From positions 1 through 41,518 of IMG/VR virus record IMGVR_UViG_3300020042_001792: a DNA stretch of 41,518 nucleotides; one strand, written 5' to 3'. Source of the stretch: a virus (Duplodnaviria; Caudoviricetes). Position 1 is the stretch's first letter. Every line of letters begins with the position of its first letter. Shown piece by piece: positions 1 through 9,748 of the stretch. The notes under the pieces were generated by a model. The model did no database searches and had not been told where the DNA came from. It saw nothing but the letters and a program-made list of their open reading frames with translations. Made by a program: the position numbers and the translations under genes.

Positions 1-160
1 TTTTTGCTTTGGTCGTCGCAGCATACTCAGCAGGGCTAAGGCTCTTAATTGCAGACTCTGGAAGGTATCTTTCACCAGTTTCAGAAGATTTTTTACCACT
101 TTTCGTTCTCCATTTTTGGTCACCCCAAGCCTTCAGTGATTGCTGGGGCTTTTTAATCAC
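1..160 (-). CDS. Small basic phage protein (DUF5872-like C-terminal half), truncated at the window edge
   Basis: Not in the ORF track. Manual translation from GTG at 160 gives MIKKPQQSLKAWGDQKWRTKSGKKSSETGERYLPESAIKSLSPAEYAATTKAK, open to position 1, overlapping the upstream stop. The W-x-T-K and RYLP motifs recall DUF5872. Confidence 0.75.
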   Translation of the reverse strand, partial: MIKKPQQSLKAWGDQKWRTKSGKKSSETGERYLPESAIKSLSPAEYAATTKAK

Positions 161-605
161 GATAACCACCACCTGCGTCTTTATAACGCTTTGCTACAAC
201 CTGCGCTTTGCGGGCTGACCACTGTCCAGCACCCGTTCCAGCAGTAGCCTCAGACTTCACATCATTGAAAATACGTTTGCGCAACTCTGGCTTGGTGTAG
301 TTGCCTGCGGCGTTGACCGTTGACTTGCCGCCCTCTTTGTAAGAGGCAGTCTTAGCCGCATTGGCAAAATCGCTGGACTTAGGAGCGCCCTTACTACCAG
401 CACTACGCATTTTCTCGCCAGAGCCAGAGGCTATACGTTGCTTCTTTGCGGCAATATTTGCATACAAACCACCACCCGCCATCTTTGCATCTTCCTTGAC
501 AAATTCCTTGCCGACCTTAGAAGGTATGCCAGTCTTTTTGGCAAAATCAGGGTTATGCGCAACCGCCGACATTAAACGATGCTGAGAAGAGGATTTAGTC
601 GGCAT
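153..605 (-). CDS. Basic, modular late protein (three short modules joined by MAGGG and YKEGG)
   Basis: 150-aa ORF in the late operon; last module contains YTKP...GQWSARKAQ. Confidence 0.8.
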   Translation of the reverse strand: MPTKSSSQHRLMSAVAHNPDFAKKTGIPSKVGKEFVKEDAKMAGGGLYANIAAKKQRIASGSGEKMRSAGSKGAPKSSDFANAAKTASYKEGGKSTVNAAGNYTKPELRKRIFNDVKSEATAGTGAGQWSARKAQVVAKRYKDAGGGYRD

Positions 606-1005
606 AGGATTTAATCATATCAAGTGTGATTGAATAAAAATCTCCTGCGGCGGCGTCCGTTGTTGTAAATCTTATATCGCCAGTTTTACCAGCACCCGCG
701 TTGTTTGGAAGTCCACCAAACAATGAAAAATCTATGTTGTAAAATGTGTTTTGTGGGATACCAATACAAAATAAATCAGTTGTTGCATCCCACAAAATTT
801 CTACTTGCAAACCATGCGTTGATGCGTAAATTTTAAGAATTGTGACGCCATCACACGCTTTGCCAGAAGCACTTGACAAAAGAGTAGACACATCTACTTT
901 TAATACCGCAGATTCATTGCCAGAGCCATCGCACAAAAAATCAAATTTTTGAATTGCTGTGCGCTCCCCGTCAAAAATAGTTTGCGTCGCTACTGTGTTA
1001 GCCAT
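595..1005 (-). CDS. Hypothetical virion structural protein (beta-rich)
   Basis: 136-aa ORF with AAGGGA upstream; position downstream of the capsid genes. Confidence 0.7.
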   Translation of the reverse strand: MANTVATQTIFDGERTAIQKFDFLCDGSGNESAVLKVDVSTLLSSASGKACDGVTILKIYASTHGLQVEILWDATTDLFCIGIPQNTFYNIDFSLFGGLPNNAGAGKTGDIRFTTTDAAAGDFYSITLDMIKSYAD

Positions 1006-1019
1006 TTTGTTCCCTTAAT

Positions 1020-1044
1020 AAAAAGCAGGGGCCGAAGCCCCTAC
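1020..1044 (-). terminator. Rho-independent terminator
   Basis: Minus strand GTAGGGGC-TTCG-GCCCCTGC-TTTT just after the stop at 1051. Confidence 0.75.
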
Positions 1045-1050
1045 TCGTTT

Positions 1051-2262
1051 TCAACAAGCGCGTCCGCCGCGCTTTTTACCTGCTGGGGATACTGTTACAG
1101 ACTTTTCAGTCTGAGTAACAGAACCTTGTCCCTTAGCCGCACGGTCTGAATTCATTCTTTCAGCCGTTGCTCTACGGGCTTCGCCCTCAAACAACTTTTT
1201 GCGCTCATCGCCTTTGAAGTAACCTTCTGGGTCAAAAGAACGCATGATATGTCGTCCTAAGTCTTTTGCCATGCCCAAAGGGTTCATTGCTTCTTCTAAC
1301 TCACGATTTGCTTTGTCGCTTACAGACTTTGGGTCTACTTTGTTTTTGTCAAAGAAACTTTCGTCTGGAGTTGGAGAGCCACCTTTTTGCATCTTCTGGT
1401 ACTTGCTGTAGACATCGTTGGATTGAGACTTTGCCTGCTTCATAGCAGTCTTGTTCTCAGCCCCAAATGCTTTCATCAAGTTACCTTCAGCAGGGGTGAC
1501 CTTGCCACCCTTTTTGAAAGTACCAGCATAACGATTGATGCTTACAGGAGGCGATGGCTTTTTAGCGCCTTGGGGCATCGCGACGGGCTTGCCTGAATCA
1601 ACAGTTCCCCCCGTCGCGTAGGCTTTTTTTGAGGATTTACCCCCATGCTTAAAACCACCAGCATTGCCTAGTGCGACGCCACCAGTTTTCATCTTGCCCT
1701 TGCCATCAGCCGCAAAGTCGGGAACCATCTTCCCACCCTTTTCGACCATAGACATACCGCCATCTTTGTAACCGCCGCCGTTACCCAGCTTCACGCCACC
1801 AGTAGCCATGCCGCCTTTTTTGAAGCCGCCAGCGTTACCAAGAGCAACGCCGCCAGTCTTCAAACCTTTATGGCCCTTGCTGGCAGGCTTGGACTCGTGA
1901 GACTTCAGTTCTTTCTCAAGACCCTTCATCTTCGACATCTCAGCCATATTCGTCTTTTTGGACTCGCCGCCTTCCTTCATTGGAGGCATAGCCATAGAAG
2001 GCTTCTTAGCCATCATCGCCTTGCGACGTGAGGACATTGAAGGCTTGCCGGGGGCGCGAACAGGAGCGTTAACAGCAGGACGACCAACGAGGGCTGGAGT
2101 CCCCATCATCATGTCCATTGCACCGCCGCCCATCGCCATCTTCTTGTGACCAGCTTCCGCTTTGCCACCTTTTTTCATGTTGACGTGACCGCCTTTTTTG
2201 AGTTTTAACTCGACTGAAGGCTCAGTGGTCATCATCTTGACCATTGGTTTAAATTGACCCAT
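1051..2262 (-). CDS. Lys/Gly/Met-rich low-complexity late protein with about 15 xKxGG/xAxGG motifs
   Basis: ORF track 1051..2328; start revised to ATG 2262 (MGQFKPM) because TAAGGAG lies just upstream. Confidence 0.8.
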   Translation of the reverse strand: MGQFKPMVKMMTTEPSVELKLKKGGHVNMKKGGKAEAGHKKMAMGGGAMDMMMGTPALVGRPAVNAPVRAPGKPSMSSRRKAMMAKKPSMAMPPMKEGGESKKTNMAEMSKMKGLEKELKSHESKPASKGHKGLKTGGVALGNAGGFKKGGMATGGVKLGNGGGYKDGGMSMVEKGGKMVPDFAADGKGKMKTGGVALGNAGGFKHGGKSSKKAYATGGTVDSGKPVAMPQGAKKPSPPVSINRYAGTFKKGGKVTPAEGNLMKAFGAENKTAMKQAKSQSNDVYSKYQKMQKGGSPTPDESFFDKNKVDPKSVSDKANRELEEAMNPLGMAKDLGRHIMRSFDPEGYFKGDERKKLFEGEARRATAERMNSDRAAKGQGSVTQTEKSVTVSPAGKKRGGRAC

Positions 2263-2272
2263 GTCGCTCTCC

Positions 2273-3250
2273 TTATGCTTGTGTGACGCCAAGAGCGCCA
2301 ATACGGGTTGCATTTGGGCCTGCCGCAATTGCTGGCAGGGCTATTCCCATCACAAGACGCTTGACGCCATCTGCCGCCGAGGAGGGCAAATAAGTACCAC
2401 GCACATCACCTGTGGTTGTGGTTGCTGTGGCGGTAGCGGCAACAGTCATAGTTCCAGCATCTTCAGCCAAAGTATTGTCCCAACCAGCGCGGGTGACGTA
2501 GCCCCTATCAGTGATACGCAATGGCGCACCCAAGATGTCGGTTGTACCTACCGCAACAGTTACCACGCTTGCGCCAGAAGAAACAACACTGGAAATTTGG
2601 AAAAAGGCTTTTTTACCATTGACGGTTGTTGATGCCACTGTCCCTGTTGCAATCACCTCGCTCATGGCTTGACCGTAGTAGTCAAAACCTGAAACAGTAA
2701 TATTGACAGTAGTTGGAGAACCAGCGCCTGTGGTTGTACAAACAGCGCGTGGGCAGTCAAGTTGTAAGACTGTCGTGCCACTTGTGTTCGTAACGGATGT
2801 AACACCTGCACCTGCGGCAAGCGTGAGCGTGGTAGCAGTTGTGATGACAGCGGCAACAATGTTGGTTGTCAGTTTTGCTTGTGGTACAACATCCCAAACA
2901 TAAATGCGACCCAGAGGGCCAACACCTACGCTCATCGGAGATGGGTTTTGCAACAAAGCATTACCCGAACCAATGATGGTGGCGCTTGCTACAGTTTGTG
3001 AGTTGTTTACTGTGTAAGTTCCTACACCACCTGTGCCTGTACCAAAAGCGGAAATAAAAGTTCCATTGGTGAGTGACGTTGAACTGTCAATGAACATACC
3101 CACAGTAATTGGGTCACCAGAAAGCATGGCGGTGACGGTCAGCGTGGTTGTAGCAATTGAACCAGTAAAAGTTGAAACAGCAGGGTAGGCGTCCGCACCT
3201 TGAGTGGTAATAGCGGAACCTAGAAAAAGGTCGTCTGAAAATTGTGGCAT
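2273..3250 (-). CDS. Thr/Ala/Gly-rich virion protein (capsid decoration or fibre-like)
   Basis: 325 aa directly after the major capsid gene; AAGGAG RBS; beta-strand-rich composition. Confidence 0.7.
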   Translation of the reverse strand: MPQFSDDLFLGSAITTQGADAYPAVSTFTGSIATTTLTVTAMLSGDPITVGMFIDSSTSLTNGTFISAFGTGTGGVGTYTVNNSQTVASATIIGSGNALLQNPSPMSVGVGPLGRIYVWDVVPQAKLTTNIVAAVITTATTLTLAAGAGVTSVTNTSGTTVLQLDCPRAVCTTTGAGSPTTVNITVSGFDYYGQAMSEVIATGTVASTTVNGKKAFFQISSVVSSGASVVTVAVGTTDILGAPLRITDRGYVTRAGWDNTLAEDAGTMTVAATATATTTTGDVRGTYLPSSAADGVKRLVMGIALPAIAAGPNATRIGALGVTQA

Positions 3251-3289
3251 TTTGTCTGCTCCTTGAAAAGTTTGACAAATACAGTTAAC

Positions 3290-3321
3290 AAAAAAGGGGC
3301 TGGGTGTTATCCCAACCCCCT
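3290..3321 (-). terminator. Rho-independent terminator after the major capsid gene
   Basis: Minus strand GGGGTTGGG-ATAACA-CCCAGCCCC followed by a T run. Confidence 0.75.
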
Positions 3322-3331
3322 GTGGCGTGGT

Positions 3332-4246
3332 TTAGACGCCCGGTGTGCCGTAAAGGGCGCGTGGGTCGGTAAAACCAACTTGGTAACGCTCGGTGGCCTT
3401 GTAGCGCATGGAGTCGGTTTCAAAATCGCCCTCCATAGTCTTTTCCAGCTTACGACGCATCAACAGCTTCATGCCCTCTGGAGCGTCTGTCTGCACCCAG
3501 AATGCTGTGGATGAAGTCAGACGAGACAGAACAGCAGCGCCTTCGTCCAGCAAGCCAATTGACTTGATTGGGTTGACGTCGTTGTTGCCTGTACCAGCAC
3601 GGAGAACTGATTTCAACAGAACTTCAGCTTGGAAGATGTTGCCCGGGGCGACCACCAATTGGCGGGGAACCAGACGAATCTTCTTGCCGTTGTTGTCAAC
3701 TGCTTGGCGAATCTGAATCAGCATCTGCTCAAGCGATGTCTGGCTCAGGTTGGCGGCGGTGGTCAGCAAGTTGCTGAAAGTACCGTTCACGATAGGATGG
3801 GAAGCACTGTTCAGTGCAACGCCGTCACCACCGGGGAAGGCTGAGTTGAACGCACGATTCAACACGTTTGCTGACAAAGTTTCTTTGGTTTCAATTAAAG
3901 ACTGTGCCAAGTGACGTGCATAAACCTGACCGATACGGATATGGTCGCCGTCTTCAACCAACACTTTGGTCAACGCGAAGGCCAAGCCAAACACGTTGTA
4001 TACATAGCGTTGCAAGAAGAGAACACCACCCTGCTGATACGAAACAGGAGTTCCGTCAGGCAATTGAGGTGCGGCACCAAATCCATAAAGGACTGGTTCT
4101 TCGTGGTAGTTGCGGGGGATACCTTCTTGCTCACGGAAAACCCGTGACCATTCGTCGGTACGTTGGTCATAGACTCCATCGAAGCATTCATTGAGGATTG
4201 GTTCAACGATGCTTCTAAAGTCCGTACTGCGCATTGGTGCGGCCAT
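3332..4246 (-). CDS. Major capsid protein (HK97 fold, Mu gpT-like)
   Basis: 304 aa; EEPVLYGFGAAP..GTPVSY and GGDGVAL..ASHP patterns, C-terminal ERY.VGFTDPR.LYG.PG; strong RBS; followed by a terminator. Confidence 0.85.
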   Translation of the reverse strand: MAAPMRSTDFRSIVEPILNECFDGVYDQRTDEWSRVFREQEGIPRNYHEEPVLYGFGAAPQLPDGTPVSYQQGGVLFLQRYVYNVFGLAFALTKVLVEDGDHIRIGQVYARHLAQSLIETKETLSANVLNRAFNSAFPGGDGVALNSASHPIVNGTFSNLLTTAANLSQTSLEQMLIQIRQAVDNNGKKIRLVPRQLVVAPGNIFQAEVLLKSVLRAGTGNNDVNPIKSIGLLDEGAAVLSRLTSSTAFWVQTDAPEGMKLLMRRKLEKTMEGDFETDSMRYKATERYQVGFTDPRALYGTPGV

Positions 4247-4256
4247 GATTTACTCC

Positions 4257-4829
4257 TTAGATGGCGTTAATGGTGGCAACAAACTGGCTTCGGCTCACTT
4301 GAACCTGAACCACCGTGAATGCATCACCAAAAGCATTATCAACAGCAGGTGTCAAACCGATGATACGCATATCACCGACGTTACCTGCACCCGCCAAACT
4401 CGAAGAGATGGTGCATTGCGACAAACCAGTGGTCGTAGAACCAGCCGAAATGTTTGTAAAGTTTGCTTGGTCGCCCACAGCAGTTGAAGCGATGCTACCG
4501 TCTGCCTGAATGTCGTAAACAATGTTCGGGTCAGAGTAGTAGTAAGTGATTTCAGAACCAGTTTGGTATGCAGTGTTTGCAACCCACTGATTGCTGACGA
4601 GACGACGACCAGTGAGGTCGGTGAACTCGTGACCAGCAAAAGCACCTTGATAGGCACTACCAGCAACAGCGCAAATGATGTTGCCGCTGGTGTTTAGCGC
4701 TACAGGTTGGCCTTTCAAGATGCCAGTGTTGTAGGCCGAAGCGATACCGTTAGGCAAAGCAACCGCTCTGTCCAAGCCAGAAGGATGGAAAGACGGACGC
4801 ATACCAAACGGAGCATTAGTTGAAGACAT
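4257..4829 (-). CDS. Capsid-associated structural protein (decoration/cement-like)
   Basis: 190 aa starting MSSTNAPFGMRP, immediately upstream of the capsid gene; AAGGAG RBS. Confidence 0.65.
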   Translation of the reverse strand: MSSTNAPFGMRPSFHPSGLDRAVALPNGIASAYNTGILKGQPVALNTSGNIICAVAGSAYQGAFAGHEFTDLTGRRLVSNQWVANTAYQTGSEITYYYSDPNIVYDIQADGSIASTAVGDQANFTNISAGSTTTGLSQCTISSSLAGAGNVGDMRIIGLTPAVDNAFGDAFTVVQVQVSRSQFVATINAI

Positions 4830-4859
4830 AGTCTCACTCCTTTGTTTCGTTCATAAACC

Positions 4860-5399
4860 CTACCCCGCAAAATGCGGCGCAGGAATCGGTTTGTCAATGT
4901 CAATAAGCCCATCGCCTTCAATCTGACCGAGGCTTCTGCCCCGACTATCACGTCCCACGTTTTGCTCTGCCTGAAGGCGAATTTTGTTCGCTTCTTCCTG
5001 CGGTGCATCATGGTGAAAATGAGCCATTACTTCTTGGTACAAGTCCATAGGAATCTTGTACAGCAACATCTCATTACACGAAATATAACCTTCATGCTCT
5101 CCAGCCTTTACGCGGTTGTTTCGCATCTCTGGTAACTCATCTGCTTTCACAGGAACGTACCCAAGGCGAATGCGCTTATCAATGCTGTCGTAACTGTTGG
5201 TTGTCGATAACCAGCAAACGTGCCATCCCTTCATATCAGGAACAGCGGGCAATGCACTTTGTGTCCACTCATCTTTCCACATCTTGCGACGCTCGTCTGA
5301 TGATACGAACTTCTCTTCTGGAGCCTCTCGAATGGTATCAAGACTCCCGCGATTGTCGCGGCCTCCAGCAGATAAATTTTTCTTTAAACGTGAATCCAT
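4860..5399 (-). CDS. Conserved head-module hypothetical protein
   Basis: 179 aa between scaffold-like and capsid genes; AAGGAG RBS. Confidence 0.7.
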   Translation of the reverse strand: MDSRLKKNLSAGGRDNRGSLDTIREAPEEKFVSSDERRKMWKDEWTQSALPAVPDMKGWHVCWLSTTNSYDSIDKRIRLGYVPVKADELPEMRNNRVKAGEHEGYISCNEMLLYKIPMDLYQEVMAHFHHDAPQEEANKIRLQAEQNVGRDSRGRSLGQIEGDGLIDIDKPIPAPHFAG

Positions 5400-5410
5400 T
5401 TTAAAACTCC

Positions 5411-6421
5411 TTAACGTTGGTTGTTGTTGCGTGCTTCGATTGCATAACGGCGAATCATCTTCGCTCGTTTGTCAGCGTCATCCCACATTCCTGCATCTTT
5501 CATGGCCCTCACCTGATCGGGTGAAAGGGTGAAGGTGTTTTTACCACCACCACTACCAGTTGCATTCTCGCGGCCTGAGCCTGTCACAACATTCCTCGGT
5601 CTCGAATTTCGAGTCGGTTCTCGTTCGGTATCATCAGTATACCGATGAGGAAGGTATCTTTGCAAGCGGTTGTCAAGTTCGTCCCAATATTCGGCAGTTT
5701 TTGGGTTGTAACCTTCTTCGCCCATGGCCTGATCAATGGCAAGAGCAATCTTTGAATCAGGGTCTTTGCCGTTGGGGTCGTACCAAGAGTTGTTGTTCAT
5801 CCATGCACTTGCCAAACGCTGCAATTGCGGGTCTACAGCAGCAATGGTGCGCTGCTTTTGGGGCTGGACGGCACGTTTTCTCAACGCATCAAGCGCCTCA
5901 TGCTGGCGACGAGCCTCAAACCACATTTCCTGCGCCGAAGTCAGCAATTCACCGTTGCCAGACGATGTTGCCTCTGAAATCTTCTGCTTTGCGAAGGCAA
6001 TGCGGGTCTCTTGGTCTTCAATTGCCTTGTTGATGCGGGCAATATCGCTTCCGTGGGATTTTTTCTCCAATACGGACAGGCGCTCAAGCAATTCGTGGTT
6101 CTGGCGCTCCAAAAACGTCAGTTTTACGTCCTTTTCAGAGGCCACTTGCTTGTGGTATTCCTTGCGCTTGTGCCTTTTTAGGCGTTTTTGCTCTCGCAGG
6201 CGCTCGGCATCGGCATTAACAGCGCCACCGACAGCCAATTCAGCCCGTCGTGCGGCCTCATCGTCTTCGTCAGAGCCGTGATCGTCGTCACCAGCGGCCT
6301 TTGCAGGCTGTTCGTCGGGGGAGGGGATGCTATCAGGCAGTTCGATGGTCGCGGAACCGTCAACCTCTTCCTGAATAGTGATCACCTCTGGTGTTTCTTT
6401 AATTTCTGTGTTCACGCTCAT
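5411..6421 (-). CDS. Probable scaffolding protein
   Basis: 336 aa; acidic N-terminus, long coiled coil, W..NN.WY motif, short C-terminal helical domain; position between portal and capsid. Confidence 0.65.
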   Translation of the reverse strand: MSVNTEIKETPEVITIQEEVDGSATIELPDSIPSPDEQPAKAAGDDDHGSDEDDEAARRAELAVGGAVNADAERLREQKRLKRHKRKEYHKQVASEKDVKLTFLERQNHELLERLSVLEKKSHGSDIARINKAIEDQETRIAFAKQKISEATSSGNGELLTSAQEMWFEARRQHEALDALRKRAVQPQKQRTIAAVDPQLQRLASAWMNNNSWYDPNGKDPDSKIALAIDQAMGEEGYNPKTAEYWDELDNRLQRYLPHRYTDDTEREPTRNSRPRNVVTGSGRENATGSGGGKNTFTLSPDQVRAMKDAGMWDDADKRAKMIRRYAIEARNNNQR

Positions 6422-6840
6422 ACGAATGCCCTCACTTCAAGTGGATTACCTGTGATCTTGGCAATCACCTCGTGGTCGTTCAGCACCATGAACTCGACGT
6501 TGTCGTCTTCTCCATGTGGAACAACCCAGCGGTCGCCAGTCCATTTGGGTACTCGTAGGTAGTCGCCTACTTCGCACCATATGCCCTCGACCCATGGCTC
6601 CATCGTGTCGCGTTTCTTAAACGCCAATGGGCCAAACGCGATCACTTTAGCGACGGGGTTTTGCGCCCGTTCGGTGTCGCGAGTCTCTTCAGGCAAAATA
6701 ATCCCGGATTGAGTCATTCGTTTCTTGGCTTTGCGCAATTGCACAAGTACACGCGCACCAAGGGGAATCGCACCGGGGTCTACAACAGGAAAGGCTTCCT
6801 GTAAATCAGCGGAATTACCCGCTACCGTGCTATCTGTCAT
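6418..6840 (-). CDS. groES: Phage co-chaperonin GroES (Cpn10)
   Basis: PLGARVLV, mobile loop TQSGIILP, VIAFGP, VGD, LNDHEVIAKI. Confidence 0.85.
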   Translation of the reverse strand: MTDSTVAGNSADLQEAFPVVDPGAIPLGARVLVQLRKAKKRMTQSGIILPEETRDTERAQNPVAKVIAFGPLAFKKRDTMEPWVEGIWCEVGDYLRVPKWTGDRWVVPHGEDDNVEFMVLNDHEVIAKITGNPLEVRAFV

Positions 6841-7018
6841 CTTTGTCTTCTTCCTTTAGAAGTTGGTTAAGTATTTCAAGGGATTCTTCAAGACCCTGAA
6901 GTTGTCCGACCAGACGCTGATATGCCTCAAAGTTGACACAGTTGCCCGTGGCAATACTATCGGCTATCGCGGCTCGACGTGCCTTTACAGCACTGATGAA
7001 GTCGGTAACGTACCTCAT
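6830..7018 (-). CDS. Small conserved head-module protein
   Basis: 62 aa helical protein (YQRLVGQLQGL), overlapping neighbouring genes. Confidence 0.7.
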   Translation of the reverse strand: MRYVTDFISAVKARRAAIADSIATGNCVNFEAYQRLVGQLQGLEESLEILNQLLKEEDKDDR

Positions 7019-7194
7019 GCGTTTTTCTTGTCAATTCCCTCGTTTTGGGAGAAATTCCCGTGGTCGCTGTTGGCCTCTGGCATGGTCGCTTTTGATTGCT
7101 CTTTTAGTGTTTCACCTGTGACCCAAGCGCCTGCCGCCATGCGGGTCTTTTGGCGGACTTGCTCGGATTGCTGTTCTTTGTCGGTTGTAGCCAT
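7015..7194 (-). CDS. Small hypothetical protein (59 aa)
   Basis: Manual translation MATTDKEQQSEQVRQKTRMAAGAW...DKKNA; AGGAG RBS; ATGA overlap with the next gene; fills the gap after the portal. Confidence 0.7.
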   Translation of the reverse strand: MATTDKEQQSEQVRQKTRMAAGAWVTGETLKEQSKATMPEANSDHGNFSQNEGIDKKNA

Positions 7195-7195
7195 T

Positions 7196-9703
7196 TCATT
7201 CTCCTAAGTTACGTTGTGCCATCTGGTTGAGTTGAATTGCAGTTTCTTCCTGCTCTTTGCGCAGTTTCGCCTCGTCGACCGTCAATTCGGCGGTCTTGAT
7301 GCGCTCCTGTGTGAGGTTGTCTTCCGCGTTCATCGCGATTTTGACCTGACGATCCTTGTCCCTGTTTGACTCGTCCGCTTGCAGGCGGGCGGTGTCAAGT
7401 TGGATGTCCGCTTGATCCTTGACGGTGCGGCGTTGCGTCTCAGCAAGAGAAGCCTGCAACACAGCCTGTGCTTCGCCCTCCATCGGAGGTGCTGGCGGCT
7501 TCAACTGCTGCATCATCTGTGACAACTGCTGAAGCGCAGGCATCACGCCTTGAAACACTTGCTGGGTATCCAGCTTGACGTGATCCGAAGCCAAAGCGAT
7601 TGCCTTGTCAATTTGCTTGACCAGTTTGCTGTCCTCGTACTTGCCGTACTGCACCGCGTTGCCGCCTTGCACATAGGTCGACATCTGCCCGGTGTACCAG
7701 AGCATCATGTGCTGCTTGATATGCTCCAAAACCTGCGGAATGAAGCGCTGGGCGATCAATGGGTTTGAGCCAAGGGATGGGTCTAGGGCAAACGTCAAAT
7801 GCGTCTGGATGTGGGCTAGGTGGTCTTGGCGTGGGTATGCGAACGCTGGGCGTCCCAAAGCCATGGCGGCGTTCTCGTCCGCTGCGTTCATCTCGGCAGG
7901 CTTGGCCGCGTTTGGAATCAACTCGTTGACGTTTGGAATCTTGAGTTGCTTGAGCATCCTGCTCACCACGGCACGCTGGTCAAAAATCTGCGGGTATCGC
8001 TCGGCCATCTGCAAGACTGCCTGCATCTGGGCGACACGCTGGGTCTCGCTGAAGATGTGGGGGTCTGACACTGGCACCACGTCGCTGTTGCGCTTGAAGT
8101 CTTCGCGCTTGATGGGCAACTCGGCAACCAAGTCACCCCGGCGCTGCTCGTCAAGATACCAGCGGTTGATGCGGCCAAGAATCTTCAGCACGCGGCCTTG
8201 TGAGTCGTGCAGGCGGGCGTGGATGCTAGAAAACACCACAGCGCCTTGCTCGATCAAAGCCTGCGTGGTGCCCACAGGCATGGTGGACTTGGCGTCTGCA
8301 ATCTTCTCTTCGCTGGTGGTGACCACGCCCTTGGCTGCGTCGGTAAGCCAGCCCAGCAGTTGATACAGTACTGCGCTTGGAGGGTTGAACGGCATGGGCA
8401 TGGCGATCTTGCGAACGTCGTCCACGCCGGGTGCGCCTTCGATCTCGGTGACTTGAGTCACATCGACATTGGCCGATTGACCGCTGATCTTTGCACCTTT
8501 TAACTTCAGCATGGTGGCCGAGTTATTGATGTGCGCAGTGTCCAGCAGGGCGCGGAGGGTTCCGGTCAGGGCTGCGGCAAGGCCACCAATCAGGTGAGGC
8601 AGGCCAATGGCGTAAGCACCGCGCCATGGAATGAACTTGTACTCGACGATCCAATCCAACTTGGTGAAGGTGTCGTCACCCTCTTCCCAGTTGCGGTACA
8701 GGCCAACAACTTTGTTGTCGAGGTCGTCAATCATCAAGACGTAGGGCGCGTTCTCGCCCTTGCTGTAGTCGTCGTCGTCAATGTCAAGGTAGGTGTAGAT
8801 GTGAAAGACGCGGCGCAGGCCGTCTGAGCCGTCTTGGTACTGCTTGCCCTCGATCTTGTCGTTGGCCTTCTCGGCACCAGTTTGATCTGGCTCGGATGTG
8901 GCCCGGATTTGCGTAACGTCACGATACAGGCCACGGTCAATACGCTGCTGGAACTCCCAGTCGGTGATGTCTTGCATCTCCGTTGCACGCTGCGCGGTGT
9001 AGAAGTTCGTTGCCGCAAACGGCAGCAGGATGTTGTCGATGGGCACAAATTCAGCGCACGGGCGACGCTTCTTTTCGTCGTACCAAATCTTCATAAACTG
9101 CGAACCACCCAGCGGCAACTGCGTGAGCAACTGCTCTTGCTCGTCGCGGAACTCTTCCATCTGCTCGGTCAACTGCCAATTCATGTAATCGCGCTTGCGT
9201 TCTGCGACCTCAGTCTTGGCCTCGGTGACCTCGCCCAGAATCTTGGTACGGGTTGGGCCATCAGGCGGGAACATCTCCTTCATGGCACGCGATGCAAAGT
9301 CAACACAAGCCTCGGCCATCACAGGATGCACCACCCTAGATGCGCCGTTGAACTGAGCGCCGCCGGGGGCGTCTTGGCCTAAGCCAGTGCGCTTGAGGCC
9401 GTCTTCATACTGCTTATCTCGCTCCTTACGGGCCTCCTTGTCCTTGCCAATCAAGTCAAGGTAGCGCATACCAATCTTCTCAAGGTCGAACAAATTTACC
9501 GTCTCAGCAAGGTTGGAGTAAAAGTCTTCTGCCTCGGATGGGCCTTTGAACTCTTCCATAGTGACAACAGCAGAGCCGTCTGGCAACTCCTCAACGTCGC
9601 TCAACTCATCGTCAGGCATATCCACTTCAACACCACCATCAGGCGTGTTTTTCATGCCGTCAATAAAACGGTCTGCATCTTGATCAATTGGCATTTCAGG
9701 CAT
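7196..9703 (-). CDS. Portal protein (P22-like, long C-terminal coiled coil)
   Basis: 835 aa between terminase and scaffold/capsid; HPVMAEAC, LPLGGSQFMKIWYD, GTTQALIEQG motifs; Gln-rich helical tail. Confidence 0.85.
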   Translation of the reverse strand: MPEMPIDQDADRFIDGMKNTPDGGVEVDMPDDELSDVEELPDGSAVVTMEEFKGPSEAEDFYSNLAETVNLFDLEKIGMRYLDLIGKDKEARKERDKQYEDGLKRTGLGQDAPGGAQFNGASRVVHPVMAEACVDFASRAMKEMFPPDGPTRTKILGEVTEAKTEVAERKRDYMNWQLTEQMEEFRDEQEQLLTQLPLGGSQFMKIWYDEKKRRPCAEFVPIDNILLPFAATNFYTAQRATEMQDITDWEFQQRIDRGLYRDVTQIRATSEPDQTGAEKANDKIEGKQYQDGSDGLRRVFHIYTYLDIDDDDYSKGENAPYVLMIDDLDNKVVGLYRNWEEGDDTFTKLDWIVEYKFIPWRGAYAIGLPHLIGGLAAALTGTLRALLDTAHINNSATMLKLKGAKISGQSANVDVTQVTEIEGAPGVDDVRKIAMPMPFNPPSAVLYQLLGWLTDAAKGVVTTSEEKIADAKSTMPVGTTQALIEQGAVVFSSIHARLHDSQGRVLKILGRINRWYLDEQRRGDLVAELPIKREDFKRNSDVVPVSDPHIFSETQRVAQMQAVLQMAERYPQIFDQRAVVSRMLKQLKIPNVNELIPNAAKPAEMNAADENAAMALGRPAFAYPRQDHLAHIQTHLTFALDPSLGSNPLIAQRFIPQVLEHIKQHMMLWYTGQMSTYVQGGNAVQYGKYEDSKLVKQIDKAIALASDHVKLDTQQVFQGVMPALQQLSQMMQQLKPPAPPMEGEAQAVLQASLAETQRRTVKDQADIQLDTARLQADESNRDKDRQVKIAMNAEDNLTQERIKTAELTVDEAKLRKEQEETAIQLNQMAQRNLGE

Positions 9704-9713
9704 TAGTTACCCC

Positions 9714-9742
9714 TTGTGTTTGTTTAAGTTGTCATGTAACAT
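9714..9742 (+). promoter_or_regulatory. Putative sigma70 promoter for the antisense ORF
   Basis: TTGTGT-N17-TAACAT ending 6 nt before ATG 9749; spacer carries a degenerate GTTTAA-N7-TGTAAC operator-like site. Confidence 0.4.
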
Positions 9743-9748
9743 CGAGGC

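Noticed and set aside
2263-2328. ORF-track start for the 425-aa protein
   Set aside because: Overlaps the upstream gene; ATG 2262 has a clear AAGGAG RBS.
7550-9382. Long plus-strand ORFs opposite the portal (and similar ones at 5560-6281, 10621-11316, 17412-18134, 25235-25951, 30324-31163)
   Set aside because: Fully nested antisense to well-supported genes; typical shadow ORFs of GC-rich codon usage with no recognisable motifs.
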